A stretch of 64,000 bases of DNA from Candidatus Latescibacterota bacterium (GTDB taxonomy: Bacteria; Latescibacterota; UBA2968; UBA8231): positions 5,312,001 through 5,376,000 of the forward strand of contig OZ244561.1 of NCBI GenBank assembly GCA_965217585.1. The letters are read 5' to 3'. Position 1 is the first letter of the stretch. Each line of letters opens with the position of its first letter. Of the stretch, positions 8,676 through 17,615 are shown one piece after another. The notes below the pieces were generated by a model. That model did no database searches and was not told the origin of the DNA. It saw nothing but the letters and a program-made list of their open reading frames with translations. The position numbers and the translations under genes are program-made.

Positions 8676-10064
8676 CTAGTGGAAACAGGGCTGCCGGCCG
8701 CTGTGGGCCACTGGGCGGAAGTAGAGCAATTTGCGCAGCGGCCACGGGGTCGGCTGCCGCAGTTGCGCGTCTGAGGAGGCGCTGGAACCGGCGTGCCGCT
8801 CATAGGTAAGCGAAGTGTTGGGGTGCTGCTGGAGCAAGGCGCGCACCTCAAAGAAGGGCAACATTAGTTTGCGCCGCGCCAGACTGGCCAAGAAGCCGGA
8901 CGAAGAGTCCTTTATTTCTACTAGATCCTGCTGGAAACCAAACAGTTGCACTCCAGCCGGCACCAGCAAGTGGTTGCTCTGCCCCCCTTCGGTGCGAAGG
9001 TTGGAATACATGGCAAACGCCGTCTCGGTCTTGAGCCCCAGATAGGGACTGCACCCGTTGAGGCCGGCCAGCAGAGGCACTAGCAGCACAGGCCAAGGCC
9101 GGAACGAGAATGCGGGCCGCACCGGAGGCGCTTTGGGCAGGAGGACGAAAAGGAGGATCAGGCCAGCGCTGTACAGCCCCCACAAGGGGAGCACTAACTC
9201 GGCCGGTGCGGCAACTAGATCGTCCAGAGCTACCAAAAGCCCCAACCCCACCAACACCGCGCCGACTGCGAGTACACTCTTGCCGGAAAAAGGCAGGCCC
9301 TCCCACTGCAGCGGCCCAAAAAGACGCCGGGTCGGCCAGCTAGTGTCGAGGCGCGAGGAGGAAAACAAAAACAGCAAGGCAAAAATCATGGAGGAGAAAT
9401 TGTAAAATTCGCTTATGGGATTAAAGCCGACCGCCGCGTGGAAGAGGAGACCGAGCAAAATACCGGCGTTGCGGGTAAGGGGCCAGCACAGCAGGAGCGG
9501 AATGGCCGTTTCGACTGCTAGGGTAAGGTAGATGGGAGCCGCTTCTGCCAAGGCGAAGGGGAGCGACTGGAGTTGGGCCGCGTAGAAGTGGACCGCGCAG
9601 CTTATCTGGGGGTCGAGAAAGTCGGCGTTGAGTTTGTGCAAGACGGCGAAGAAGTAGAGGATGATCAGTTCGAGCCGGACGATGGGGGCAAAGGTTCGGT
9701 ACAAGGCCCCCGGCTCCACGGCGAACGTGCGCCCGGCCCACGCCAGTCGGGCGTAGGCTTGGAGGAGTGTGAGGTTCACCAGCCCGGTGAAGAGCCAGTG
9801 GTTGGAGATAAAAGGAGCCGTCGTCCAGCTTTCGCACAGTTGCAGGGCTGCCAGCAATGCGAGGCGATGCGGTGCGCCCGGCCGATGGAGCAGATAGAGT
9901 GCAGCGGCAGCGAGTAGGGTGCTGAGCAAAGGAGCCGGCCACGGGTCTTTGGCAACAAGGTGAAAAAGCGTTGCCAAGCCCCAGAGGACGCAGAAGGTCG
10001 AGTACGTCTTTTGCTCGCTGGTCGGCATAGCGGCATTAAAATAGATAATCCGACTGGCACTCAA
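8676..10064 (-). CDS. HTTM-like membrane protein
   Basis: SNHW, YFFAVLHKLNADFL..SCA and FAMYSNL motifs; polytopic. Start may be at 10028. Confidence 0.6.
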   Translation of the reverse strand: MSASRIIYFNAAMPTSEQKTYSTFCVLWGLATLFHLVAKDPWPAPLLSTLLAAAALYLLHRPGAPHRLALLAALQLCESWTTAPFISNHWLFTGLVNLTLLQAYARLAWAGRTFAVEPGALYRTFAPIVRLELIILYFFAVLHKLNADFLDPQISCAVHFYAAQLQSLPFALAEAAPIYLTLAVETAIPLLLCWPLTRNAGILLGLLFHAAVGFNPISEFYNFSSMIFALLFLFSSSRLDTSWPTRRLFGPLQWEGLPFSGKSVLAVGAVLVGLGLLVALDDLVAAPAELVLPLWGLYSAGLILLFVLLPKAPPVRPAFSFRPWPVLLVPLLAGLNGCSPYLGLKTETAFAMYSNLRTEGGQSNHLLVPAGVQLFGFQQDLVEIKDSSSGFLASLARRKLMLPFFEVRALLQQHPNTSLTYERHAGSSASSDAQLRQPTPWPLRKLLYFRPVAHSGRQPCFH

Positions 10065-12064
10065 TAGAGGGGGATGCGATTGCCCACGGTACCGGTCACG
10101 CCGTCGATGAGCAGCCAGACGCCGCCGCTGCTAATGTGGCCTAGGGCCATGCCGAGAAAAAAGGGCTGCATTCTGTGGTACGCAGCGGCCCCCCCAAAAC
10201 GCAGCAGGCACTTTTTGCTCAGCCAAGCTAAGAATACCGCAAACCAGATCCGCTCCATCACGCGGCCGAAGCCGACGACAAAACCGAGGGGGTGCAGGGG
10301 CCACCACAGCAGGTAGCGCCGGGCCGCCAGCAAGCCCGCCATAATCGTGCCTCCGCCGCTAGTCCATAGCCAGCCAGCTAGGCTCGGCTCGGTGGGATCG
10401 AGGAGGTGCCGGGCCGCCAAGCGCGAAGGCTCGGTGGCGTAGTGAGTCGAAAGGTACAGGTTGATGGCGCCGTGGCGGTAGGCCAGATACAGGGTGTACC
10501 ACAAGGACAGCACCCAAGTGATGAGCATGGCGGCGGCCAAGGCCCAAAAGAGGCGGCGCTGGCCGCTTTTTAAGTCGCTGATCAAGCGCAGGCTGTTGGC
10601 CAAGGGAGCCAGCATAAAGACCAGCAAGTCGCCACACCACACCATGGTATAGCCCAAAGCTACCGTCCCCTGGGGCCCCAGGGCCGAAGACCCCACGCCA
10701 GACAAGGTAAAACCTGCTGGGATCATGGCCGGCTTGACAATCGGCAGGCCGGTTTCGGCGATGACGCGGGCTAAGACGACAAAAATGGTCAGACCGACCG
10801 CTAAGACGAGTAGGGCGATCCAAGCGGGCAGGCCGGTTTGCCACAGCCAAAACCACAAGCTTGCCACGCCCACTGCGGTGCCGACTACCGCGGCTCGGAA
10901 GGACATGATCTCGCCTTGGTCGTCCACTGCATCGCTCCCATCCCAAGCGCGCTGTAGGACGGCTTTGAGATGGAGCCGAGCGTTCCACAAGACCGCACCC
11001 AGCAAGACCGCGATGGCTCCTATCATAAGGTGCCCTCTGATCGGAACGCTCCAGTGGCCCAAATCGGCTTGGCTGTGAATGCCCATAACGCCGAAGGCCG
11101 CGTCTTGGAAATAGGCGATTAGATAGAACAACCACAGGCTGAGGCCGATGTTGAGATTGATGAAATAAGCCAAGCCTAGCATGAGAAAATTGATGTTTAA
11201 CTGGAGACTGCGGCCGCCATCGATAGGCTGCACCGCCGTAGAGAGTCCGGGGACGGCCACTTGGGGAAAGTAGTGGTGCAAGGCCCCGAGGCTGGAGAGC
11301 AAGAAGGGGATAGCAAAACCTGCCCACATGACCCAGTTTCTGAAGAATGGTTTGAGCAAGCGGTCTTCCGTCCCCTCGTCAAGCATGGCCAGCGGTGCTT
11401 GGGCGAGAGGATAGGCCAAGCGCTCGTAATTGACCCACTGGCGGCGCAGAATCGCGCTGATGCAGAGGAGCGTCAGGTACAAAGCCATGTAGAAGGCCAG
11501 CCATGCCGCCAGCGGCGGTAGCCAGTGTGCCCACGGGATGGATCCGCCGCCTTCGTAGAAATCAATGACGGCTTGGGCATCGTCGACTAATATCCACCGA
11601 GGCAGCAAGGGGTGGACTTGCGCGGCCCATTGGTTTTCGGGCGAGGCGTAGTACAAGGAGCCCGTGATGATGGGCAGCAGCATACTGACCACGCCTTTGG
11701 TGGGGATGGCCGCGGCCGCGGTCATCATCGTGAAAATGGTGATCAGTTCGCCGCGGGTAAAAGCCCACTCGCGGCGGCAACGGCCCAAGAGCAGGTGCAG
11801 GGTCAACAGCAAGACGAAGAGCAGGAAAAAGGCCACCGGGGTGGCGGATGTCAGGGCGAGGGCTGTCCCTTTGACGATCTGCCGGGCGTAGGGAGCACCC
11901 ACGGCGATGAGCGCACATAGCAAAGATCCCACCATTATGCCCCTCCAGGTTACGGCCTCCCGGAGGCTGTGGTGGGCCCTGGGGCCACTGCGCTGCGCTA
12001 GATAGGCCTGATAGTCCGGTGGTACCTTTGATTGCAAGCGATTAGCTCCAGCCCGATAACCCAA
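10061..12064 (-). CDS. DUF6785/DUF6784-like polytopic membrane protein
   Basis: Closest to 3266..5206 (GTxLALTSATP, WCGDLLVFM, GNRIPLY). Start codon uncertain. Confidence 0.8.
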   Translation of the reverse strand: MGYRAGANRLQSKVPPDYQAYLAQRSGPRAHHSLREAVTWRGIMVGSLLCALIAVGAPYARQIVKGTALALTSATPVAFFLLFVLLLTLHLLLGRCRREWAFTRGELITIFTMMTAAAAIPTKGVVSMLLPIITGSLYYASPENQWAAQVHPLLPRWILVDDAQAVIDFYEGGGSIPWAHWLPPLAAWLAFYMALYLTLLCISAILRRQWVNYERLAYPLAQAPLAMLDEGTEDRLLKPFFRNWVMWAGFAIPFLLSSLGALHHYFPQVAVPGLSTAVQPIDGGRSLQLNINFLMLGLAYFINLNIGLSLWLFYLIAYFQDAAFGVMGIHSQADLGHWSVPIRGHLMIGAIAVLLGAVLWNARLHLKAVLQRAWDGSDAVDDQGEIMSFRAAVVGTAVGVASLWFWLWQTGLPAWIALLVLAVGLTIFVVLARVIAETGLPIVKPAMIPAGFTLSGVGSSALGPQGTVALGYTMVWCGDLLVFMLAPLANSLRLISDLKSGQRRLFWALAAAMLITWVLSLWYTLYLAYRHGAINLYLSTHYATEPSRLAARHLLDPTEPSLAGWLWTSGGGTIMAGLLAARRYLLWWPLHPLGFVVGFGRVMERIWFAVFLAWLSKKCLLRFGGAAAYHRMQPFFLGMALGHISSGGVWLLIDGVTGTVGNRIPLY

Positions 12065-12067
12065 TTC

Positions 12068-13882
12068 TCAAGGCTTCGACCGAGGGTCGGCCCCCACCAC
12101 TTGCAGGGCTTCGGCGAGATTGGAACGGGCTTGGCGGTAGGTGGGTTTGAGTTGGAGTGCGCGTCGGTAGTGGTCGATGGCCTCGGCGAATTGACCCCGG
12201 AGGGCTAAGAGCCGCCCCAAATTGTTGTGCGCCTCGGCAAAGTCGGGTTTGAGTTGGAGTGCGCGTCGGTAGTGGTCGATGGCTTCTGCGTCCTGTCGTT
12301 GGATAGCCAAGGCAGCACCCAGATTGCTGTGGACCAAGGCGAGGTCGGGGGCCAGTTGGAGGGCTTGTCGGTAGTGTTCGATGGCCTCTGCGACTGCGTT
12401 TTGGCCGAGGAGGACGTTGCCCAGTTTGAGGTAGGTTTCGACGCGGTCCGGCTCGGCTTTTAAGGCGCGGCGGTAGTGGCGTATTGCGGCGGTGGACTCA
12501 CCCCGGGCTTGGTGCGCGTCGGCGAGGTTGAGGTGAATTTGGGCGCTGCCGGGCTTTAGCAAGAGAGCTTGCCGGTAATGGCCGATGGCTTGGTCGAGTT
12601 GGCCGCGCTCCTTGAGGATATTGGCCAGATTGTTGTGGGCGATCCAAGCACCGGCATTTTTTTGCAGGGTATCGCGCCACAAGGTCTCCAGATCAGCATA
12701 GACCCGCCCTTGCCGCCAAGTGAGCAGACCGCAGAGGGCCAAGACCAACGCCAGTGCCACCGGCCCGGCCGCCGATCGGCCCAGCCGCGTCCACGCGCGG
12801 TGCCCACCAGCGGCGGCCAGCGCCAAAAGCCCCAGACTGGCCAAGTATTGGAAGTGGTCGGCGACAAAGGAGTAGAGCATGGGGTAGAAGTTGAAAAAGC
12901 CCAGTGCCGGCGTTAGGGTACCGGCAAAAAACAACACCCCGGTCAGCGGCCCCCGTCCCAAGCGCTCCCGCAAGGCCCACAGCAGTACCCCGATGCCCAA
13001 GGCTCCGGCCGGATAGAGATATTGCCAGAGCGCGGTCGCATCGATTTCCCAGCGGGGGTAGATAAACGCAAGGTCGAGCGGCACGAGGAGTTTCGCCGCA
13101 TAGAACCACAACGCCCGCCCGGCGATCAGGCCGCGCTCCACCAGCGACAAGTCCCACTCTGGCCCCCAAGCGCCGACGCTGTGCTTCTCCATCCACACCG
13201 TCACCCCACTCATGGCCACCCCTAGGGTAAAAAAAGGCACGAGGGCTACTGCCGTGCGCCGCATTGGCGTTTGGCCCTTCCACCACAGTACCAGCAACAG
13301 GGCGGCTGGCAGGGTGCAGGTGACGGTCTTGCTGAGCAGGGCCGCGGCAAAAAGGACCAAAGCGGTCCAGTACAAGCGAGGGCTTTGCGCTTCTTCATAG
13401 CGCAGATAGGCCCAGGCCGCACTCAGATAGAATGCGCCGGACAACGCGTTCTTGCGCTCGGTAATCCACGCCACTGACTCGACCTGCACTGGGTGCAGGG
13501 CAAACAGGGCTGCTGCAGCCCAAGCGCCGGGTACTTTTAGGCGGATTAGCAGCCGCCAGACCAAAACGGCACTTAGGGCGTGTAGGATTACATTGACCAC
13601 GTGGTAGCCGGCCGGAGCCAAGCCCCACAGACGGTATTCGAGCCAATAGGTCGTATGGACCAGCGGGTAGTATTGGCGCGTGGCTCCCGGCTGGAACCAG
13701 ATCTGCCCCAGCCCCGCTAGCGAGCGCAGGGTGAGGTTGTCCTGCACGTAGTCGTCGTCGTCCCAGACAAAACCGCCGTTCATCGCCGGTATATAGGCCC
13801 CGACGGTTAGTCCCACTAGTAGGAGGGCCGGCGCGAGCCAAGTGCGGCGTTCTGGTTGAGAGGAAGCTGCGGATGGGCACAT
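12068..13882 (-). CDS. TMTC-like GT-C membrane protein with C-terminal TPR repeats
   Basis: FVWDDDDYV, YYPL, HPVQVESVAWITERK, ADHFQYL, then ~6 TPRs. Start trimmed to ATG 13882 to avoid the divergent gene. Confidence 0.85.
   Translation of the reverse strand: MCPSAASSQPERRTWLAPALLLVGLTVGAYIPAMNGGFVWDDDDYVQDNLTLRSLAGLGQIWFQPGATRQYYPLVHTTYWLEYRLWGLAPAGYHVVNVILHALSAVLVWRLLIRLKVPGAWAAAALFALHPVQVESVAWITERKNALSGAFYLSAAWAYLRYEEAQSPRLYWTALVLFAAALLSKTVTCTLPAALLLVLWWKGQTPMRRTAVALVPFFTLGVAMSGVTVWMEKHSVGAWGPEWDLSLVERGLIAGRALWFYAAKLLVPLDLAFIYPRWEIDATALWQYLYPAGALGIGVLLWALRERLGRGPLTGVLFFAGTLTPALGFFNFYPMLYSFVADHFQYLASLGLLALAAAGGHRAWTRLGRSAAGPVALALVLALCGLLTWRQGRVYADLETLWRDTLQKNAGAWIAHNNLANILKERGQLDQAIGHYRQALLLKPGSAQIHLNLADAHQARGESTAAIRHYRRALKAEPDRVETYLKLGNVLLGQNAVAEAIEHYRQALQLAPDLALVHSNLGAALAIQRQDAEAIDHYRRALQLKPDFAEAHNNLGRLLALRGQFAEAIDHYRRALQLKPTYRQARSNLAEALQVVGADPRSKP
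12143..12283. repeat. 39-bp exact repeat at 102-bp spacing (duplicated TPR unit)
   Basis: GGGTTTGAGTTGGAGTGCGCGTCGGTAGTGGTCGATGGC at 12143 and 12245, encoding AIDHYRRALQLKP twice. Confidence 0.9.
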
Positions 13883-13939
13883 GGGAGGATTGGGCGTTGG
13901 GCGTATTGCGGCGGGCGGACCTTGCATTACAATATAAGT

Positions 13940-15091
13940 ATGCACACCTGCTTGAAAATAGGTTCCAGCCTGCTGCTGGCCGCCCTCCCGGGGCTGCTGG
14001 CTTGTGGAGATCGCCGCACGGCTCCCACAGGGGCTGAGGAGACCAGCGCAGTCGTGCTGCTGACCGCTAAGGTGGATGCTGAGGTGGCGGCTAGGCTCGC
14101 CCAAGTCGAGGTAGTAGTCACTGCGGCCGATATGCCAGCCCTGCGCCAGACATTGGCCGTGGCTGGCGATCGCATTGTCGGTACCGTCTCCGCGATCCCG
14201 GCGGGAGCCGCCAGACTATTTGCGGTTGCCGGCTACGATGCGACCGGAGCCTTGGTAGTCAGCGGCTCGGCCAAGCTGGATCTGGCCCCGGGGCAGTCTG
14301 TTCCCCTCGGTCTTACCCTCGTTGTTGAGCCATTGCCTGCCCGCTTGAAGCCCCCGATTACCGCAGAGTTGGTCCCGGGCGTGCCGCTGGATATGGTGTG
14401 GATCGAGCCGGGCGTCTTCACCATGGGTTCGCCGCTGGACGAGCAGGGCCGCAACGACGACGAAGGTCCTCCGCTTGAGGTTCGCCTGACTCAGGGTTTC
14501 TACCTAAGTCAGTGCGAAATCACCCAGCGCCAGTGGACGGCTGTGACCGGGGAGCGGCCGTGGAGCCGCCACGCTGATGAGGTGGAAGAGGGACCTGACC
14601 GCCCGGCGGTGTACATCTCTTGGGAAGATGTGCAAGAATTCATAGCCGCCCTCAACGCCGCGGCCGGTGTCCGGGTGTACCGACTGCCTACCGAGGCCGA
14701 GTGGGAGTACGCTGGGCGGGCGGGCACGAAGACGCCGTGGTCCTTTGGCAATGCCCAAAAGGAACTGGACCTTCACGCTTGGTGGACGAACAATATTTCC
14801 CTCACCGGGCGGCTGGCCGCCCAGCCAGTGGGGTTAAAAGTGCCCAACCCTTGGGGGCTGTACGATATGCACGGCAATGTCTGGGAGTGGGTAAGCGACT
14901 GGTTGGGTGCGTACCCGGAGGGGTCGCAGACCGATCCCCAAGGGCCGACCGAGGGCACGGCTCGGGTGTTTCGCGGCGGCAGCTTTAAAGACGCGGCTTC
15001 GCTCTCCCGCTCGGCTCAGCGCTGCTGGAACGCGCCCGAGCGGCGTTTTAGTCACGTTGGGGTTCGGCTAGTGCGGGACTTGGACTTATGA
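13940..15091 (+). CDS. Lipoprotein with FGE-sulfatase (SUMF1-like) domain
   Basis: Lipobox LLAC; FTMGS, RLPTEAEWEY, NPWGLYDMHGNVWEW, RGGSF. Lacks the catalytic Cys pair of true FGE. Confidence 0.85.
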   Translation: MHTCLKIGSSLLLAALPGLLACGDRRTAPTGAEETSAVVLLTAKVDAEVAARLAQVEVVVTAADMPALRQTLAVAGDRIVGTVSAIPAGAARLFAVAGYDATGALVVSGSAKLDLAPGQSVPLGLTLVVEPLPARLKPPITAELVPGVPLDMVWIEPGVFTMGSPLDEQGRNDDEGPPLEVRLTQGFYLSQCEITQRQWTAVTGERPWSRHADEVEEGPDRPAVYISWEDVQEFIAALNAAAGVRVYRLPTEAEWEYAGRAGTKTPWSFGNAQKELDLHAWWTNNISLTGRLAAQPVGLKVPNPWGLYDMHGNVWEWVSDWLGAYPEGSQTDPQGPTEGTARVFRGGSFKDAASLSRSAQRCWNAPERRFSHVGVRLVRDLDL

Positions 15092-15477
15092 GCGACGCCA
15101 CGCTGGCCCAGCTTACCGCCGAAATTCGCCGCTTCGTGGAGGAGCGCGACTGGGCGCAATTCCACACCCCCAAGGACTTGGCTATTGGTCTTTCTACCGA
15201 AGCGGCCGAAGTTTTGGAGCACTTCCGCTTTCGTTCCGACCAAGAGATCGCCACCCGCCTAGCAGACGAATCTTTCCGCCGGGCTATCGGCCACGAATTG
15301 GCCGACGCGCTGTACTTTGTCCTGCTTATGTGCGACCGCTTCGGCTTGGACGCAGCGCAAATGCTGGAGGAGAAATTGGCCATTTCGGCTCAGCGCTATC
15401 CGGTGGAAAAGGCCCGGGGCAAAAACCTCAAATACACCGCCTATCAAGTTCCCTCGGCAAGCGACCACACCTCCTAA
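15088..15477 (+). CDS. MazG-like nucleotide pyrophosphohydrolase
   Basis: FVEERDWAQFHTPKDLA...EAAEVLEHF...ELAD, RYPVEKARG. Confidence 0.9.
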   Translation: MSDATLAQLTAEIRRFVEERDWAQFHTPKDLAIGLSTEAAEVLEHFRFRSDQEIATRLADESFRRAIGHELADALYFVLLMCDRFGLDAAQMLEEKLAISAQRYPVEKARGKNLKYTAYQVPSASDHTS

Positions 15478-15483
15478 GCTCTC

Positions 15484-15542
15484 TCAGTGGGTGAGAGTGG
15501 CACACGCCGTCGCAGGAGACGGGGCTCTCGTAGGGCTGCGGA
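15484..15542 (-). pseudogene. Relic of the 3' end of a PhyH-family gene
   Basis: Matches 60623-60698 with deletions: reads PQPYES..VSCDGVC..TH* versus PWPYESHPRLRVSFDGVCRFTPTH*. Confidence 0.65.
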
Positions 15543-15572
15543 GTAACATCCTCTCTGGAGCCGGATCACAAC

Positions 15573-17603
15573 TTGAAGATGAAAAAAAAGATCCCTCCAA
15601 TCTTCCAGCACCACCTAAAGACCCGGCTCGGCTCGGACCAGCCCGACGAGAAGACATTAGGTATTACCTTGCGGGCCGTGTTAATAGGTGCCTTTTTGTC
15701 GCTGTTCATCGGCGCGGCCGTACCTTATACCAATATGATCATCAAGGGCACGGTCATGGCCCACAATTTCAGTACACCGGCCGCCCTTTTTGTCTTCTTC
15801 GCATTCGCTTTCCTAATAAACACAGCCTTGGCCCTGCTCGGCCCTAGATTTGCCCTGAGCCGTTCCGAGTTGGCGGTGGTTTACATTATGGCGATGCTAG
15901 CCACCTCCATCCCCACCATTGGTTTCACCGAAAATCTGCTGCCTATCATCGCAGGGCTCTACTACTACGCTACCCCTGAAAATAAGTGGCAGGAGTTGAT
16001 CCACCCGCATGTGCCTAAGTGGATCGCCCCGCAAGATATGGAGGCTATCACTTATTTCTACGAAGGCTTGCCCCAAGGCATGGCCCTGCCTTGGGACGCT
16101 TGGATCGAGCCGCTCTTCTACTGGTGCCTCTTCATCCTGTCATTCTACTGGGTGTCTATATGTATGATGACCATTCTGCGCAAACAATGGGTCGAGTACG
16201 AAAAGCTGCCCTATCCCCTAGTCCAAGTCCCGCTAGAGATGATTCAGGATGAAAAGCGAGAGGCGTACAACACTAATGAGAGACGCTCGCTCGTTAAACC
16301 TTACTTTAGGAACCGGGTCATGTGGGTCGGGTTCGCCGTACCTTTTCTCATAGGTACGGCGAACGCGTTCAGCGGCTATTTCCCTTTTCTGCCGCACATC
16401 GACACCTCTTCCGTGATGCGTCTGTTCAGAGGCAGCACCTACTTGCGTCTCGACCTGAACCTAGGCCTGATCGGTTTCGCCTATCTGCTCAGCCGCGATG
16501 TAGCTCTGGGATTTTGGTTCTTCTTCCTGCTGTCGACTGTGCAACGGGGAGTCTTCAATGTCTTGGGTATACAAAGTACGGAGACTTTGAGCCGATTTGC
16601 CAATTCGGTTGGCCCTTATCTGGCTCACCAAGCCATGGGTGCCATGATCGTGCTGGTCCTATCCAGCGCGTGGATGGCCCGCCGGCATCTGCACGCAGTC
16701 TATCGCAAGGTATTCAACCACGACCCGTCCATCGACGATAGCGACGAAATTATCTCCTATCGCACTGCGGTCTGGGGCCTGCTCGTGGGGCTGGGGGTGA
16801 TGGGGACTTGGTTGTGGCAGTCCGGGTTACCGCTGTGGGTTGTCCCGGTCTTTCTATTCGGAATGACAGCGATCTTTATCGCCATCACCAGAGCGGTGGC
16901 GGAAGGCGGAATTTCCGTGATTCGCACGCCCTTGACCCCCGCCGACTTTGTGATTTCTGGAGTGGGTACCAGCGCACTGGGTGCCTCTGGTCTGACCGGG
17001 CTGGCCTTCACCTATGTGTGGAGCGCCAATATACGCATCTTTTTTATGCCCTGTTTTGCCAATGCGCTGAGACTGGCCGAGGAGATTCGCGGCAGTAAAA
17101 GAGGCCTGCTGTGGGCGATTTTCTTGGCTATAGCCGTCACTCTGCTCAGCTCGGTGTGGTCTGTCATGACCCTGTCCTATAAGTACGGCGGGATCAACCT
17201 CCACGAGTTCTGGTTCGTGGGAGTGCCGCGCAATGCATTCAATTTTATCGCCCCTAAATTCGTTGATCCGGTCCCGGCTAGCACATCTGGTTGGGTCTTC
17301 ACGGCTTTGGGCGCAGTACTCATGGGCTTGTTGACTTATATCCGCTACCACTTTGTGTGGTGGCCGATCCATCCATTGGGCTTTGCCACTGGTACGTTCA
17401 ACATTATGAACTGGGTGTGGTTCAGTATCTTTACCGCTTGGGTGTTGAAGATCGTCATACTCAAGTACGGCGGCTCCGCAGGGTACTTGAAGACACGGCC
17501 GTTTTTTCTTGGTCTAATTTTGGGCCAAGTTGTAGTGGCCGGTTTGTGGCTGGTCATTGACGCCTGCACCGGAAAGACCGGGAATGTATTAGGGTATTTT
17601 TGA
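15573..17603 (+). CDS. DUF6785/DUF6784-like polytopic membrane protein
   Basis: Family motifs; very similar to 48677 and 50669 paralogues (AHNFSTP, AHQAMGAM, WSANIRIFFM). Start probably ATG 15579. Confidence 0.8.
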   Translation: MKMKKKIPPIFQHHLKTRLGSDQPDEKTLGITLRAVLIGAFLSLFIGAAVPYTNMIIKGTVMAHNFSTPAALFVFFAFAFLINTALALLGPRFALSRSELAVVYIMAMLATSIPTIGFTENLLPIIAGLYYYATPENKWQELIHPHVPKWIAPQDMEAITYFYEGLPQGMALPWDAWIEPLFYWCLFILSFYWVSICMMTILRKQWVEYEKLPYPLVQVPLEMIQDEKREAYNTNERRSLVKPYFRNRVMWVGFAVPFLIGTANAFSGYFPFLPHIDTSSVMRLFRGSTYLRLDLNLGLIGFAYLLSRDVALGFWFFFLLSTVQRGVFNVLGIQSTETLSRFANSVGPYLAHQAMGAMIVLVLSSAWMARRHLHAVYRKVFNHDPSIDDSDEIISYRTAVWGLLVGLGVMGTWLWQSGLPLWVVPVFLFGMTAIFIAITRAVAEGGISVIRTPLTPADFVISGVGTSALGASGLTGLAFTYVWSANIRIFFMPCFANALRLAEEIRGSKRGLLWAIFLAIAVTLLSSVWSVMTLSYKYGGINLHEFWFVGVPRNAFNFIAPKFVDPVPASTSGWVFTALGAVLMGLLTYIRYHFVWWPIHPLGFATGTFNIMNWVWFSIFTAWVLKIVILKYGGSAGYLKTRPFFLGLILGQVVVAGLWLVIDACTGKTGNVLGYF

Positions 17604-17615
17604 GAAGGTAAGAAG

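Noticed and set aside
13883-14104. Long N-terminal extension of the TMTC-like ORF overlapping the divergent gene
   Set aside because: Downstream ATGs at 13882 and 13940 give non-overlapping genes with a short AT-rich spacer.
13940-15091. FGE-sulfatase domain as sulfatase-maturing enzyme or DGR target
   Set aside because: It lacks the catalytic Cys pair, and no reverse transcriptase or template repeat was seen in the window.
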